Shown: one piece after another, positions 12,185-23,205 of the stretch | Numbering within the stretch: position 1 is the first letter of the stretch | Layout: each line of letters opens with the position of its first letter | From: Macrostomum lignano | Taxonomy: Eukaryota | Assembly (NCBI GenBank): GCA_002269645.1 | Contig: NIVC01001225.1 | Coordinates: 1 to 64,000 of the forward strand | Direction of reading: 5' to 3' | Length of the DNA stretch: 64,000 bases | The notes under the pieces: generated by a model | Told to the model about the DNA's origin: nothing | Databases searched by the model: none | The model's input: the letters and a program-made list of their open reading frames with translations, nothing else | Program-made: the position numbers and the translations under genes

Positions 12185-15100
12185 TTATTTGGAAGGGTTT
12201 AGCGAAACTTGCTTGTGTGGCTGATGTGTCTGCTGCTGTTGCTGCTGCTGTTGCTGCTGCTGTTGCACAGTTGAAGCCAACGGCAAAGCCCGAAGATTTG
12301 ACGCGGTCAATCCCTGACGCCTCTCCACGACCCTGGCAGTGCCGAAGCCCGCGTATTCAACATTGGCGTCCGCTTGCGCCTCATTTGCCGCATTGACCGC
12401 CTTGGCAGCTGCTGCCTTCTTGTCAGCCTGGAGGTTGCTCCGGTTAATTATGTTGTTGCGCGACTTCGGCATCACTGAAATGCCGCCCGGGTAGGTAGAC
12501 AGATTAGAAGGCAATTGGTAGGCAGAAAGGTAGGTACGTAGATAGGTAGGTAGAGAGATAGACAGATTGATAGGTAGGTGGGTAGGTAGGTAGGTAGGTA
12601 GGTAGGTAGGTAGGTAGGTAGGTAGGTAGGTAGGTAGGTAGGTAGGTAGGTATGTAGGTAGGTAGGTAGGTAGGTAGGTAGGTATGTAGGTAGGTAGGTA
12701 GGTAGGTAGGTAGGTAGGTAGGTAGGTAGGTAGGTAGGTAGGTAGGAACGTAAGTAAATTGGTAGGTAGGTAGGTAGGAAGTTTTCTAGATATGTAGGTC
12801 AGTAGGTAGGTAGAGAGATTGATAGGTAGTGCGTAGGCAGGTACGTTAGCAGAAGTACTCTATAATAAAGGGTCGAAAAAACAGAAACAAACCCCTGGAT
12901 GGGGGCAGCACATTCCGGCCAAACTGTCCGCTGTAGTTGCCGGGTGGGCGGTACCGGCCAACAACATAGACCCGGCCGGATTTGGACACCGCCCGGCCGA
13001 AACCGACCTCGGTTGAAGATCGCCAGACCAGCTGGGTAAAATGGCCTGCGATGCGGGATCACATCGAGTCAGCGTTGTGCTAGATGGTCCAGCAGTTGGT
13101 GTTCACATCTCTAAACTGTCACATCCTCAAACTGTCACATCCTCAAACTGTCACATCCTCAAACTGTCACATCCTCAAACTGTCACATCCTCAAACTGTC
13201 ACATCCTCAAACTGTCACATCCTCAAACTGTCACATCCTCAAACTGTCACATCCTCAAACTGTCACATCCTCAAACTGTCACATCCTCAAACTGTCACAT
13301 CCTCAAACTGTCACATCCTCAAACTGTCACATCCTCAAACTGTCACATCCTCAAACTGTCACATCCCCAAACTGTCACATCCTCAAACATTTTCATTCCT
13401 AAACTCTTCGGCCATTTGCTCACCGCAGGCCAGCTGATCCTCGCCTGTCCACTTGTACTGATCAATTTCGTGGTACCACAACTCGGAAAACAGATCGCCT
13501 TTAAAGAGAATTGCCGAGCAAGAAGAAGAAGATTAGCATTGCAGGATCCAAGGTGCAAAAATGATATTTTCAAAACGGGAGCATTACCTGGAAAATTAGT
13601 GAATCCTTTTCTAAACTTCATAGCCACATTCTCGCCCAGTCCGAGCGAGCTGCATTTGGGATCGTGCGCCATCTTGTCCTTGCCGGCCAGGACCTCCGCC
13701 CAGGCCTGGGCCAGCCTGGACAGCTCAGGGTTCAGGCGCAGCGGCGGCGACCGGTGCAACGCTCGGAACTCGTTGTGCGACACCAACAGCTGGTTCTCGA
13801 ATTTCTTCTGGCTGAAGATCTGAGGGTCGGATGAATTTAGATAGCAAATTTCTGCTTTGGTGTCTATAAAAATCAGTCTACACATATGTTGAGATTATGT
13901 GGCAGAGCAGCGCGGTGGCAACCGCGTCTGACTCTCTCGCTACGAACCCGTGGTTCGATTCCGCGCAACCACATTCATTTGGGGCTTGTGTGTGCACGAA
14001 AATTGGCCCAGGGGGTTTGTCATGTCATTCAAAACCATGAGGGCCAACACCCCAAGGCACAGAGACTGTATATGCCTGACGATTAGAAAGTCAGTGCCGC
14101 TGTACACCCTGTGTGAGCTGTGTGTGTGAGAGCATGTCTGCCCTCAGGAGTACAGCGGAACGGGCAGAATTGCCTTACCCGGGTTTCACGTAACAGCAAC
14201 AACAGCGTTACGGGATGTGCCTTGGGGCCTGGTAGTTACAAGTAAATGTGTACTTTTGAAGGGAGTGGGAATGCAGGTGCAAATTCAGGTGACCCGCAGA
14301 GTCAGCCCGCCATAGGAGGCAATAAGGCCTGTCTGATTTCGTTGACACCTGAGCATGCATACGGATAAGTACGGAGGCACACTCTCGCACAGGATGTAAG
14401 AGCTGCCCTGACTCTTTCATCGTTATTTTAGGCACTAGTTCTGTGTCAGTCTGCTGTTCACATGAATCCGGTGTTCTAAAACTGTATTAAAGCAAAACAA
14501 CTGAGCTGAGCTGCTCACTTTCTCATCGGATTTTGTCTCCTCCTTTTTCTCCGGCGCTCGCACGTGGCTCTGCTGCAGTGTCTGGCGAAGCAGCAGCGCC
14601 GCCACCGGACTCGAGGCCGCTTTGCCGCCGCCACCATCGGCGCTGCGCTGCGGCACAAAGTCGGTCAGGTTGCGCATTGCGGCGCTCCCTCCGCCCCCTC
14701 CGGCGCCGGTGCTGAACGTCACCGAGCGACGTTTCGCGGCGCCAAAGTCGCGCATCGCGAACGAAATCGGCGACGGCATCATCATTGGCTCCTTGACGAT
14801 CTCTTCGCCGGCTGCTTTCACCACTGGAGAGAGATATTGGGCAGCAGTGACAGGTGCTTTATTCTGTTTAGTTGAACACAAATCTGTTAGCTACTAATTA
14901 GTAGTCTATATTGGACACGAACAGACATGTAAAAGTACATTTATTTATAGAAAAGTTTACAATCGATAATGATACTGGTGCTTGAATCTGTGCAATGGTA
15001 GACATGTGCATTGCATATAGTATATGCAGCACAGATGTCATTACTCCATGCTACTTTTTTTACGCTAATGCAAAGATAAGGAGGCCGGCTGGATAGATAA

Positions 15101-16282
15101 TAAAGATTGAAAAGCATGCAGTCACGTGATGAAATTTCTAAATTGGGTAAATATTGGGGAGCGGCTGGTGGAATAAGGGTGAAAACTAATTGCTTTTGTG
15201 CCTGGGTGGTTTTGTCTTGGAAAATAGAATTTAGAATAGAATATCGATTGACCATTCTAAATCATATTTTAGGACACTCTACTGAACTTAAGCGACTCGT
15301 CTCTCACGTGCATCCTTATCTCTCCCAGTCTTCTCTCAGACCGTCTTCCATCACTTATCTAATGTACACTTATTCGCGATCGACTGATTATCAATCAATG
15401 TACATTAGACCCGCCCACACTCAAGATGGAGTGTAAATCTTTCTAACCCTCCTCGTATCTTATCCATTTTTAATTGATTACGTTGCCCGTCCTGGATTAG
15501 CCTTTTTATTAATAACCAACCCTCCAGCTTGTCAAGTATGAAGTTGCAATGCGGCCAGCATCGCTCACCATCATCAGCGCTTGGTAGAACGTTCTTTCTA
15601 AATTCTCCTTTATAGTTGCCAGGCGGTCTGTAGCGGCCTACAACGTACACTCGGCCGGTGTCGGACACGGCCCGGCCGAAACCGACCTCTGTAGTGGACT
15701 TCCAGACTAGCTGGGTGAAATGGCCTGCCAATGATTATCAAATTGATGGGATGGAGAACTCCTTTGTAGATACGCTTAGCAACACTCAGCTGTGGGTTAT
15801 GCGATTTGTGCGTCACAAGGCCTAGATTATTGGCCGGTGAGGAGAGAGTGAAGAGATTGAAGCTTGCAGTTAGAATTCTCAGTCCTCATTACCTGGTTTG
15901 GGGGTTGGAAATCTTAACATATTACTGTTTGTTTCTTCTTCTAGAAGCTCAGCAGAAAGCAATAGTTTTGCCTACCGCACTCGGGTTGCATCTCGTTGCT
16001 GTTCCAATCGTACGAGTCGATCTCTTCGTACCACATGTCCGTGAATACGTCGCCTGGTAGGGTTTTACAGGGCATATGATAGCGTAGTTGCGTTTTAGTT
16101 AACAATTGACTACTTATAATTAAGTTCGCTGACGTTTTACAGCAATGGCTATATAGAGAATACAGGTCATATATTTAGAGCTGCGAGAGTATAAAACATT
16201 TTAAAATGCAGTTTTTCCCTCAGTCAATGTTTGTCTGAAGCATCAAATTGGCTTCTCAAAGAAGAAAAATTAAAGAGAGAGA

Positions 16283-16362
<80 letters not shown>

Positions 16363-19300
16363 GTGGGAGAGGGAGAGGGAGAGAGAGAGGGAGATGGAGA
16401 GGGAGAGGGAGAGGGAGAGGGAGAGGGAGAGGGAGAGGGAGAGGGAGAGGGAGAGGGAGAGGGAGAGGGAGAGGAAGAGGGAGAGGGAGAGGGAGAAGGG
16501 AGAGGGAGAGGGAGAGGTATACTCAGCAACATTGAAAAGTCGCCACTCTATGCGCCAGTGAGCAATTTCTCTTGGACTATTCTGAAATAAAAGATACGAG
16601 AAAACTGATCGGGGTAGCTTTAATCCGTCCAACCCTCGCACACCGCTCGCCCACCACTTCATTCCTCAACTCAAGTCTGCCGCGGCTTAGCTGAGTTGCG
16701 TCACTCGCAAAGATTGAGAGACTTTACCCGCACTCGCAAAAGTGGCGACCACAGACAGAATCTTCTGTGATGGCGACTCTTCGATGTTGCTGAGTATATA
16801 AAGAGATATAGAGATAGAGTAGAGAAAAAGAGAGAGATAGAGCAAAGAGCTTACCTGGGAAGTTAGTCTCTCCAATGCGGAACTTCATAGCGATATTCTC
16901 TCCGGTGTTATTACTTGAGCAGTTGGGATCGTGCGCCATCTTGTCCCGCATCGCTAACACGTCTGCCCAGTCCTGGGCCAGCCTGTTCAGCTGGGGATTA
17001 AGCCGTAGCGGGCCGGCCTTGTGCTGGGCCCGGTACTCGTTGTGCGAGACCAGCATTTGGGTGACGAATTTGCGCATATTGAAAGCCTGTTTGTTGATTT
17101 GTATAATGTTTGCTTTTTCGCATTTTTAGCTATTAGACTAGAAATCTTTGAGGTGCCGCAGGTCGTACGAGTATGAAAACATATTTGTAAAAAACTATAA
17201 TTGCGCCGGATTATGCGGCAGGGCATAAAGGCGGAAATCTTCCATCCCCCATGGGAGGGACCGAGTGCTAGTCCACCCATAGTAAATCTTCAATCTTCTA
17301 TTATAAATTAAAAACCAATATGGCAAAGCATACCGGAACTGCCTCCTCCTCTAGATCTTCAGCTGAGGGTCTTTTCTGCCGAGTGTGCGAGCCGCCCAGC
17401 GTCTGGTGCAGGATGTTGGCGGTCAGGGGCCCCTTGGCGCCGCCTCCGTCAGATTTTCCCGACAGAGCGCCAAACAGCGACTTCGACGAGGCAGGCTCTG
17501 AATTGGCCGGGCCCTGAGCTTTTGACTTCAAGGAGCCAAACAAAGACATCGCCGATACAGCCGCCGGGGCAGTAGGGCCAGCCGAAGACTTGGCACCAAG
17601 AGCGCCGAACAAAGACTTAGTAGACGGGGCGGGCTCCTCATTAGTCGCTGTTGATAGCGGGGCTTCTGGTGCGGAGCTCGGAGATGACTTGACGGCAGGA
17701 GGTGTCGGCACTCGTTTGGCGGGCTCTCGGTCTGACGACGGCTCTCGCTCCGCCTTCGGCGACCGAGGCGCAAATGGAGCAGCAGCTTCTCCTTTCCTGT
17801 TGTCAGCTGCTATGCCGGACACCCGCGATGCTCGATAGTCTGTTTGTAACAGAGGGATGAGCAAGCCAGTAAAATGCAAGATTTGCACGCCGCTACCACT
17901 TGCTAGGGGTGAGAATTTTCTTAGTGCTAGCAGAGATGTCTTATGAGCGGCAACAAAGTCGTCTTTAGCAAGCAAACTCACTCCCAGAGGCCCGAGCTCT
18001 GGACACGCGCGGCAAAACGTTTCTAGGAAATTCTCCGGCATTATTTCCCATCGGGCGGTAGCGGCCAACAATGTAGACGCAGCCGGACATGGAGATGGCT
18101 CTGCCGAAGCCGGCCTCGCGACTGGCGCGCCAGACAACTTGGGCAAAATGACCTGCGGTTTTCGGAATCGATCGGTGAGCGCCATTCAATGTAGCGAGTC
18201 TTTTTTTCGCTGTGCCGCGACTGTCAGCAAGTTTTTGCTCTTAGGTTTTTCGAATATTTAACTTACTGCATTCGAACTGATCTTCTAAGCTTCGCCAATC
18301 GAAATTGTGCACTTCAGCGTACCAGGTGTCCACGAACTCTTGAGCTGATTATGTACCGGATGAGCACATTGAAAAGTTATCAATTGACACTTGCCATAGA
18401 AATAATTTGAAAAATGTTTTGCAATACATTATGTATTGTAGGATACTCTGACAATGGGTATGAGTATCTCAGTCAGTAACTAACGCAGTAGAAGGCTTAA
18501 GAGGGTTGTAGCCTAGCAGGGGGGTTGTAGCCTAGCAGGGAGGTTGTAGCCTAGCAGGGGGTTGTAGCCTAGCAGGGGGGTTGTAGCCTAGCAGGGGGGT
18601 TGTAGCCTAGCAGGGGGGTTGTAGCCTAGCAGAGGGGTTGTAGCCTAGCAGGGGGGTTGTAGCCTAGCAGGGGGGTTGTAGCCTAGCAGGGGGGTTGTAG
18701 CCTAGCAGGGGGTTGTAGCCTAGCAGGGGGGTTGTAGCCTAGCAGGGGGGGGGGTTGTAGCCTAGCAGGGGGGTTGTAGCCTAGCAGGGGGGTTGTAGCC
18801 TAGCAGGGGGGTTGTAGCCTAGCAGGGAGGTTGTAGCCTAGCAAGGAGGTTGTAGCCTAGCAGGGGGTTGCAGCCTAGCAGGGGGGGGGGGGGGTTGTAG
18901 CCTAGCAGGGGGGTTGTAGCCTAGCAGGGAGGTTGTAGCCTAGCAGGGAGGTTGTAGCCTAGCAGGGGGGTTGTAGCCTAGCAGGGGGGGGGGTTGTAGC
19001 CTAGTAAGGGGTTGTAGCCTAGTAAGGGGGTTGTAGCCTAGCGGTGGGGTTGTAGCCTAGTAAGGGGGTTGTAGCCTAGCAGGGGGGTTGTAGCCTAGTA
19101 AGGGGTTGTAGCCTAGTAAGGGGGTTGTAACCTAGTGGTTAGAGCGTCAGACTCACGACTTGAAGGTCGGGGGTTCGATTCCCGATCCCACTGGAACAAT
19201 TTGTGTCCTTGAGCAAGACACTTAACTCTGCATTGCTCCAGTTCACCCAGCTGTAAAATGGGTGCCAGCATTAGCTGGGGTAATTGAGGGTGTGTGTGGC

Positions 19301-22300
19301 GACCCCCCAGTCCTTGGACTGAACAGCCGTACGCAGCCTTCAGATGCGCCGCGCAATAGCTGTGGCTGAGCTGTCGGTTGCACATCTGCCCAATAGGGCA
19401 GGTGTAATCAATTATTATTATTATTAATATTATTAACTCAGTAGCAATCCCTCTCGCGTTGACAATAATTTGGGACTGATAATCAAATTTGGCCTGGTCG
19501 CGTGTCGTGCGACTTCCAACCATGAAGGCCTATTCCCAAGAGTGCGCGCCTGTCTGACGATGGGACACTGTAGACCAGGGGCCCTCGGGTCCTTTGAAAC
19601 TTCACAATAGCAGTCCGGCCCGCCTAAGGTTTGTGCCTCTTCTCAGCGCTCTCAGCCTTCTCTCCTCAGCCTTCTCTTATCTCTCTCTCTTATTCAATAT
19701 CTCCCTTCTTTCATCTCTCTTCCCCTCTCTCCCTTCTCTCCTCTACTTTCTCTCCTTTACCTTCTCTCCTCTCCCTTCTTTCCTCTACCTTGTCTCATCT
19801 CCCTTCTCTCATCTCCCCTCTCTCATCTCCTTTCTCTCATCTCCCTTCTCTCCTCTACCTTCTCTCTTCTCCCTTATCTTATCTCGGGGCCTTCTCTCAT
19901 CTCCCTTCTCTTCTCTACCTTCTCTCCTCTCCCTTATCTCATCTCCCTTCTATCATCTCTGCGCTCTTCTCTTCTCCTCTATTCTCTCTTTTCTTTCCCT
20001 TCCTCTGGTCCGCAGTCATGCGCTGGCCATCTAACCATTTAGGTAAGAAATCAAGCCAAACCCTGCTGTAAACGCTGTGCTTGCTCAAAGGTCAGCTGGT
20101 TACCGCCTCAGCTTGTTGTTGAGTTGTCGCCAAAAGCCTTCTTACCTGTCACTTCCCCATGGCCAATGTCGCACTTTCTGGCCACGTTCTCGCCAATGCC
20201 AGCCGCGTCGCATTTCAAATCGTAGGCCAGCGAGTCTCGCTTTGCTAGCAGCTCCGCCCAGGCCTGCGCTTGCCGGGTCAGCTCCTCGCTGAACCGCAGC
20301 GGCGGCGACTGGTGCAGCGATCGGTACTCGTTGTGCGCAGCCAGCATCTGGGCAGCGAACTTGCGCGTGGTTGCATTCTGCAGGAGGGAGCAGCAGGGCA
20401 AACTACTCTGACATTCAACTTATTTTTTGTTGGAGACAGGGGCTCTGCGCATCCTGGTGCACTTCAAGCGACATTGTCACAGCCGGCGAGAGGCATTACT
20501 GCCCATTCCGCCGACTCCCAGGCACTCAAGCGCGCGGATACGTACGCAGTCATACGCACAGGCACACACTCACACAGGAGTGTACAGCGGCCCTAACTCT
20601 ATTTATCGTTAGGCATGTACACTTCACTGTGCCTTGAAGGTTGGCCCTCAAGGGCGTTGACTGCACGAGCAGAGCCAAGCCGAGATTCCAATTTAGCCTC
20701 AAACTTATATAACTGCACTTGGAATCGAGCCTGGGCCGCTGGCATATCAGAGCTCCTCTAGGCTACGGCCCTCCCTGATAAGCAGCTTCTGGTACTCATT
20801 TCATAGCGTAAATAGAAACTAAAAAAATGCAACCAATGAAATCAAAAAGGCCCTCACACTGTTCAGAGTGTTTGCTGAATCCAGATTAACAAATCTAGCC
20901 GTTGCCTCTTGCTGGCAAATGCCTTTAAAATGATCTGAAAAGAATAAAAATGTCAAACAGAACAGTGTAGCCAATTTGAAGTTTTAATTAAACAGAATCA
21001 AGCTGTCACGAGCCACTTAAAAAATCATTATTATTCCTCGACCTCAAGGCAGTTCAGATTGATGCACGTGACAACAGCAAGGGCGACTGTAGTAGAAGAA
21101 CGGCTATCTTGGTTTGTTTTAGAGAAACTATTAAAATATTGGTCATTGGTCAAAGCAGATCTAATTATTGTACTTTTAATTCACCTTGCCTGTTTTATTG
21201 CTTAGCTCATTTATTGCAAAGTTTTATTTCATTTTACGTAAATGCGCCAAGCCAAAACTCATAAGCTGGCCCAGTACGACTTTATATCTTAGTTTCCTGG
21301 CTCTTATTGTTATTTATTATAGTAAATCATAACAGTTTTGAAAGCAATTTCCTAGTTTACAATGCATACACATAAACCTCCAACAGGTCTTCATGCTTCT
21401 AGCAAAGATTTGCTATATAAACTCCTCCTCTCTGACTCGTGGTTGTTCTGGCGCAAAACAGAAACCTGGTGAACTCTGGCGCAAAACAGAAACCTGGTGA
21501 ACTCTGGCGCAAAACAGAACCCTGGGGAACTCTGGCGCAAAACAGAACCCTGGGGAACTCTGGCGCAAAACAGAACCCTGGGGAACTCTGGCGCAAAACA
21601 GAACCCTGGGGAACTCTGGCGCAAAACAGAACCCTGGGGAACTCTGGCGCAAAACAGAACCCTGGGGAACTCTGGCGCAAAACAGAACCCTGGGGAACTC
21701 TGGCGCAACGCCTTCGGCGAAATGGTTCCGCAACCAGAGCTGAGGCAATTCTGGCCATTCCGCTGACTCCTGAGCACATGCAAGCCCTCCAATACTGTAC
21801 TCAAGTACGCACACACACACAAGCTCACACGGGTGTACAGCGGCCCTGACTGTCTAATCGTCAGGCATGTACACTCTGTGTGCCTTGGATGTTGGCCTTC
21901 ATGGTTGCGAATGGCACGGCAGCCCCGTGGGCCAAGTTTTGTGCACACAGAAGCCCCAAATGAATGTGCATGGTGGCGCACCGAATCGAACCAGCTGGGT
22001 CGTGACGCGGAGTCGGACACGTTTACCGCTGAACTTCTCTGCCCCATTATCCACGATTAAGTGTAAATGCCACTTTAAACACCGTATTGGAGATGAAGTT
22101 ATGATCCCCTGAAAACTGCAACTACCGTATTGCATGCACCTGAAAGCCGTGGAAACTCCGGGATCGGCTTACCGGGATCGGCCAGCGGCCGAACAATCAG
22201 CGCCGAATCGAGCGGTGAATCGGCGGCAGCTTCTATTGAGAACCGGAGCGGCAGAAGCCGTACGCACCTGCTTGCAGCTTTTGAATTGCTAAACTCCAGG

Positions 22301-22512
22301 CTCGTAGCTGTAGCGGTTGGCGAGTCGCCCCGCCGTTTCCGCCCAGCCGCGATGACTTGCGCTTGCGGCACCTGAAATCGGCGACTCTCGTAGCGGCTTC
22401 TTCGGCTGCGGCTTCGGGATCGGGTGCGATTGTCCTTCAGATGGCGCTTGGCGGATTGCAACTGCCAGTCCTGCTGCGTCTCGGAACTTGACAGCCAGGG
22501 CAGCTCCACCAT
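12185..22512 (-). CDS. Triple-CAP (SCP/GAPR-1/GLIPR2-type) protein, ~984 aa, complete; coding exons 22126-22512, 20146-20377, 18267-18344, 17982-18152, 17334-17839, 16855-17086, 15976-16053, 15569-15724, 14519-14883, 13588-13819, 13424-13498, 12893-13045, 12185-12474
   Basis: Three sets of HNEYR..H..PL, GEN(I/V)A, WY.E and (G/S)HF(T/A)Q(L/V)VW...GFG...VGRYRP.GN..G.F..NVLP motifs. All junctions are GT-AG and the exons sum to 2,955 nt (985 codons) with no frameshift. An in-frame TAG lies just upstream of the ATG, and minus-strand AATAAA occurs at 12090-12095. The first-exon donor (22126) and the 12893 donor are the least certain. Confidence 0.88.
12520..12830. repeat. (GGTA)n microsatellite
   Basis: Direct reading. 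Confidence 0.97.
12893..13819 (-). CDS. CAP domain 3 (exons 232/75/153 nt)
   Basis: SHNEFR...AHD...GENVA; WYHE; GHFTQLVW. Confidence 0.92.
13111..13390. repeat. 16-bp near-perfect minisatellite (CCTCAAACTGTCACAT), ~17 copies, filling a CAP3 intron
   Basis: Direct reading; the 16-aa periodicity of ORF 13041-13823 matches. Confidence 0.97.
13900..14215 (+). mobile_element. tRNA-derived SINE family 2 (tRNA-Arg-like head), copy A
   Basis: GCGCGGTGG..CGCGTCTGACT...GGTTCGATTCC head. The body (CATTCATTTGGGGCTT.TGTGTGCAC, CCATGA.GGCCAACA.CC.AAGGCAC, CCTGACGATTAG, GCCGCTGTACAC) is shared with 21710-22035, 20480-20655 and 38990-39100. Confidence 0.8.
15569..17086 (-). CDS. CAP domain 2 (exons 232/78/156 nt)
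   Basis: SHNEYR...AHD...GENIA; WYEE; GHFTQLVW. Confidence 0.92.
16275..16517. repeat. (GA)n followed by (GAGGGA)n polypurine tract
   Basis: Direct reading; source of the ERER/GEGE/RGRG ORF artefacts. Confidence 0.97.
16518..16798. mobile_element. Putative MITE with 28-bp terminal inverted repeats beginning TATA (possible TA target-site duplication)
   Basis: 16518-16545 TATACTCAGCAACATTGAAAAGTCGCCA matches the reverse complement of 16771-16798, TATACTCAGCAACATCGAAGAGTCGCCA, at 26/28 positions. There is no ORF inside. Confidence 0.7.
17982..20377 (-). CDS. CAP domain 1 (exons 232/78/171 nt)
   Basis: AAHNEYR...AYD...GENVA; WYAE; SHFAQVVW. Confidence 0.9.
18502..19119 (+). repeat. 19-20-bp G-rich minisatellite (GGGGGTTGTAGCCTAG(C/T)A), ~32 copies, matching the first bases of SINE family 1
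   Basis: The unit matches the SINE head GGGGGTTGTA(G/A)CCTAG and runs directly into the SINE at 19120. Confidence 0.95.
19120..19432 (+). mobile_element. SINE family 1, full-length copy 2
   Basis: Only scattered substitutions relative to 5920-6240; perfect CTGCCC-AATA-GGGCAG hairpin and (ATT)n tail. Confidence 0.88.
19640..20000. repeat. CT-rich degenerate low-complexity tract
   Basis: Direct reading. Confidence 0.9.
20480..20655 (-). mobile_element. SINE family 2, 3' fragment (diverged)
   Basis: GTGTACAGCGGCCCTAAC...GTTAGGCATGTACAC...GTGCCTTG..GGTTGGCCCTCA is colinear with 21820-21905. Confidence 0.75.
21440..21710. repeat. 28-bp minisatellite (GAACTCTGGCGCAAAACAGAACCCTGGG), ~9 copies
   Basis: Direct reading; 28-aa periodic ORFs on both strands. 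Confidence 0.97.
21710..22035 (-). mobile_element. SINE family 2, copy B
   Basis: The reverse complement has the head GTTCAGCGGTAAACGTGTCCGACTC...GGTTCGATTC and a body colinear with 13900-14215. Confidence 0.8.
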
Positions 22513-23079
22513 CTAACCTGGCTAGCGAGAAGTACAAATTATTGTGATAAAAATCATCTGATTCTTAGCTCCAGATTTTTTCAGATTGCTAATCCAAAAT
22601 CAAATGTTCCTGAATCTAACTCAGGTGTAAAAGGTTTATTATTATATTGATGCAGGATTCATAACTTACACAGTTACGGTCGCGTTTTTCTGTTGTCCTC
22701 AGATTGGAACGATATGTGCAGAACTTATCTGAGTTGGCTGACATGAGATGCTAAATCTAATAGCATTCCCAAAAATAATTCAGCTGAGCAGTCTGTCCTC
22801 AACCATTGATTTGAGTTTTTAAGGAAACAAAACTACTGCTGCATAATACAAAAATGCTTATTCTATGGTCTGGACTGCAGGTCTTGAAGAGCTTGAAATA
22901 ATAAAATCAAATTATTGTGTTGCTTTCCTTTTGATTGACTAAACTTCACGGAAATAGAAGCCGATGCTTTCATTAGTACATGTACATGTACATGCATAAA
23001 TACTGTATTGTATCTTTTAGGATTTTCTGCTGAACTTGTGCATGATGTCTTTTCGTTACATATATATACTCGTATACTA

Positions 23080-23205
23080 CTAATAATAATTCATTACAGC
23101 TAGATGTGCAACCGACAGCTCAGCCGCAGCTATTGCGCGGCGCATCTGAATAATGCTGCGTACGACTGTTCAGTCCAAGGACTGGGGGTCGCCACACTCA
23201 CCCTC
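23080..23205 (-). mobile_element. SINE family 1, 5'-truncated copy
   Basis: Reverse complement of the 3' body (GTGGCGACCCCCAGTCCTTGGACTGAACAG...GCTGTCGGTTGCACAT) plus an (ATT)n tail. Confidence 0.85.

Noticed and set aside
14075-14095. Minimal hammerhead ribozyme (CTGACGA-TTA-GAAA)
   Set aside because: The CTGAC pairs with the downstream GTCAG, and GAAA is not conserved in the other copies (GACA, TAGA), so this is a hairpin rather than a catalytic core.
16224-16662. ERER, GEGE, RGRG and SPSP ORFs resembling RGG or SR proteins
   Set aside because: Polypurine microsatellite artefacts.
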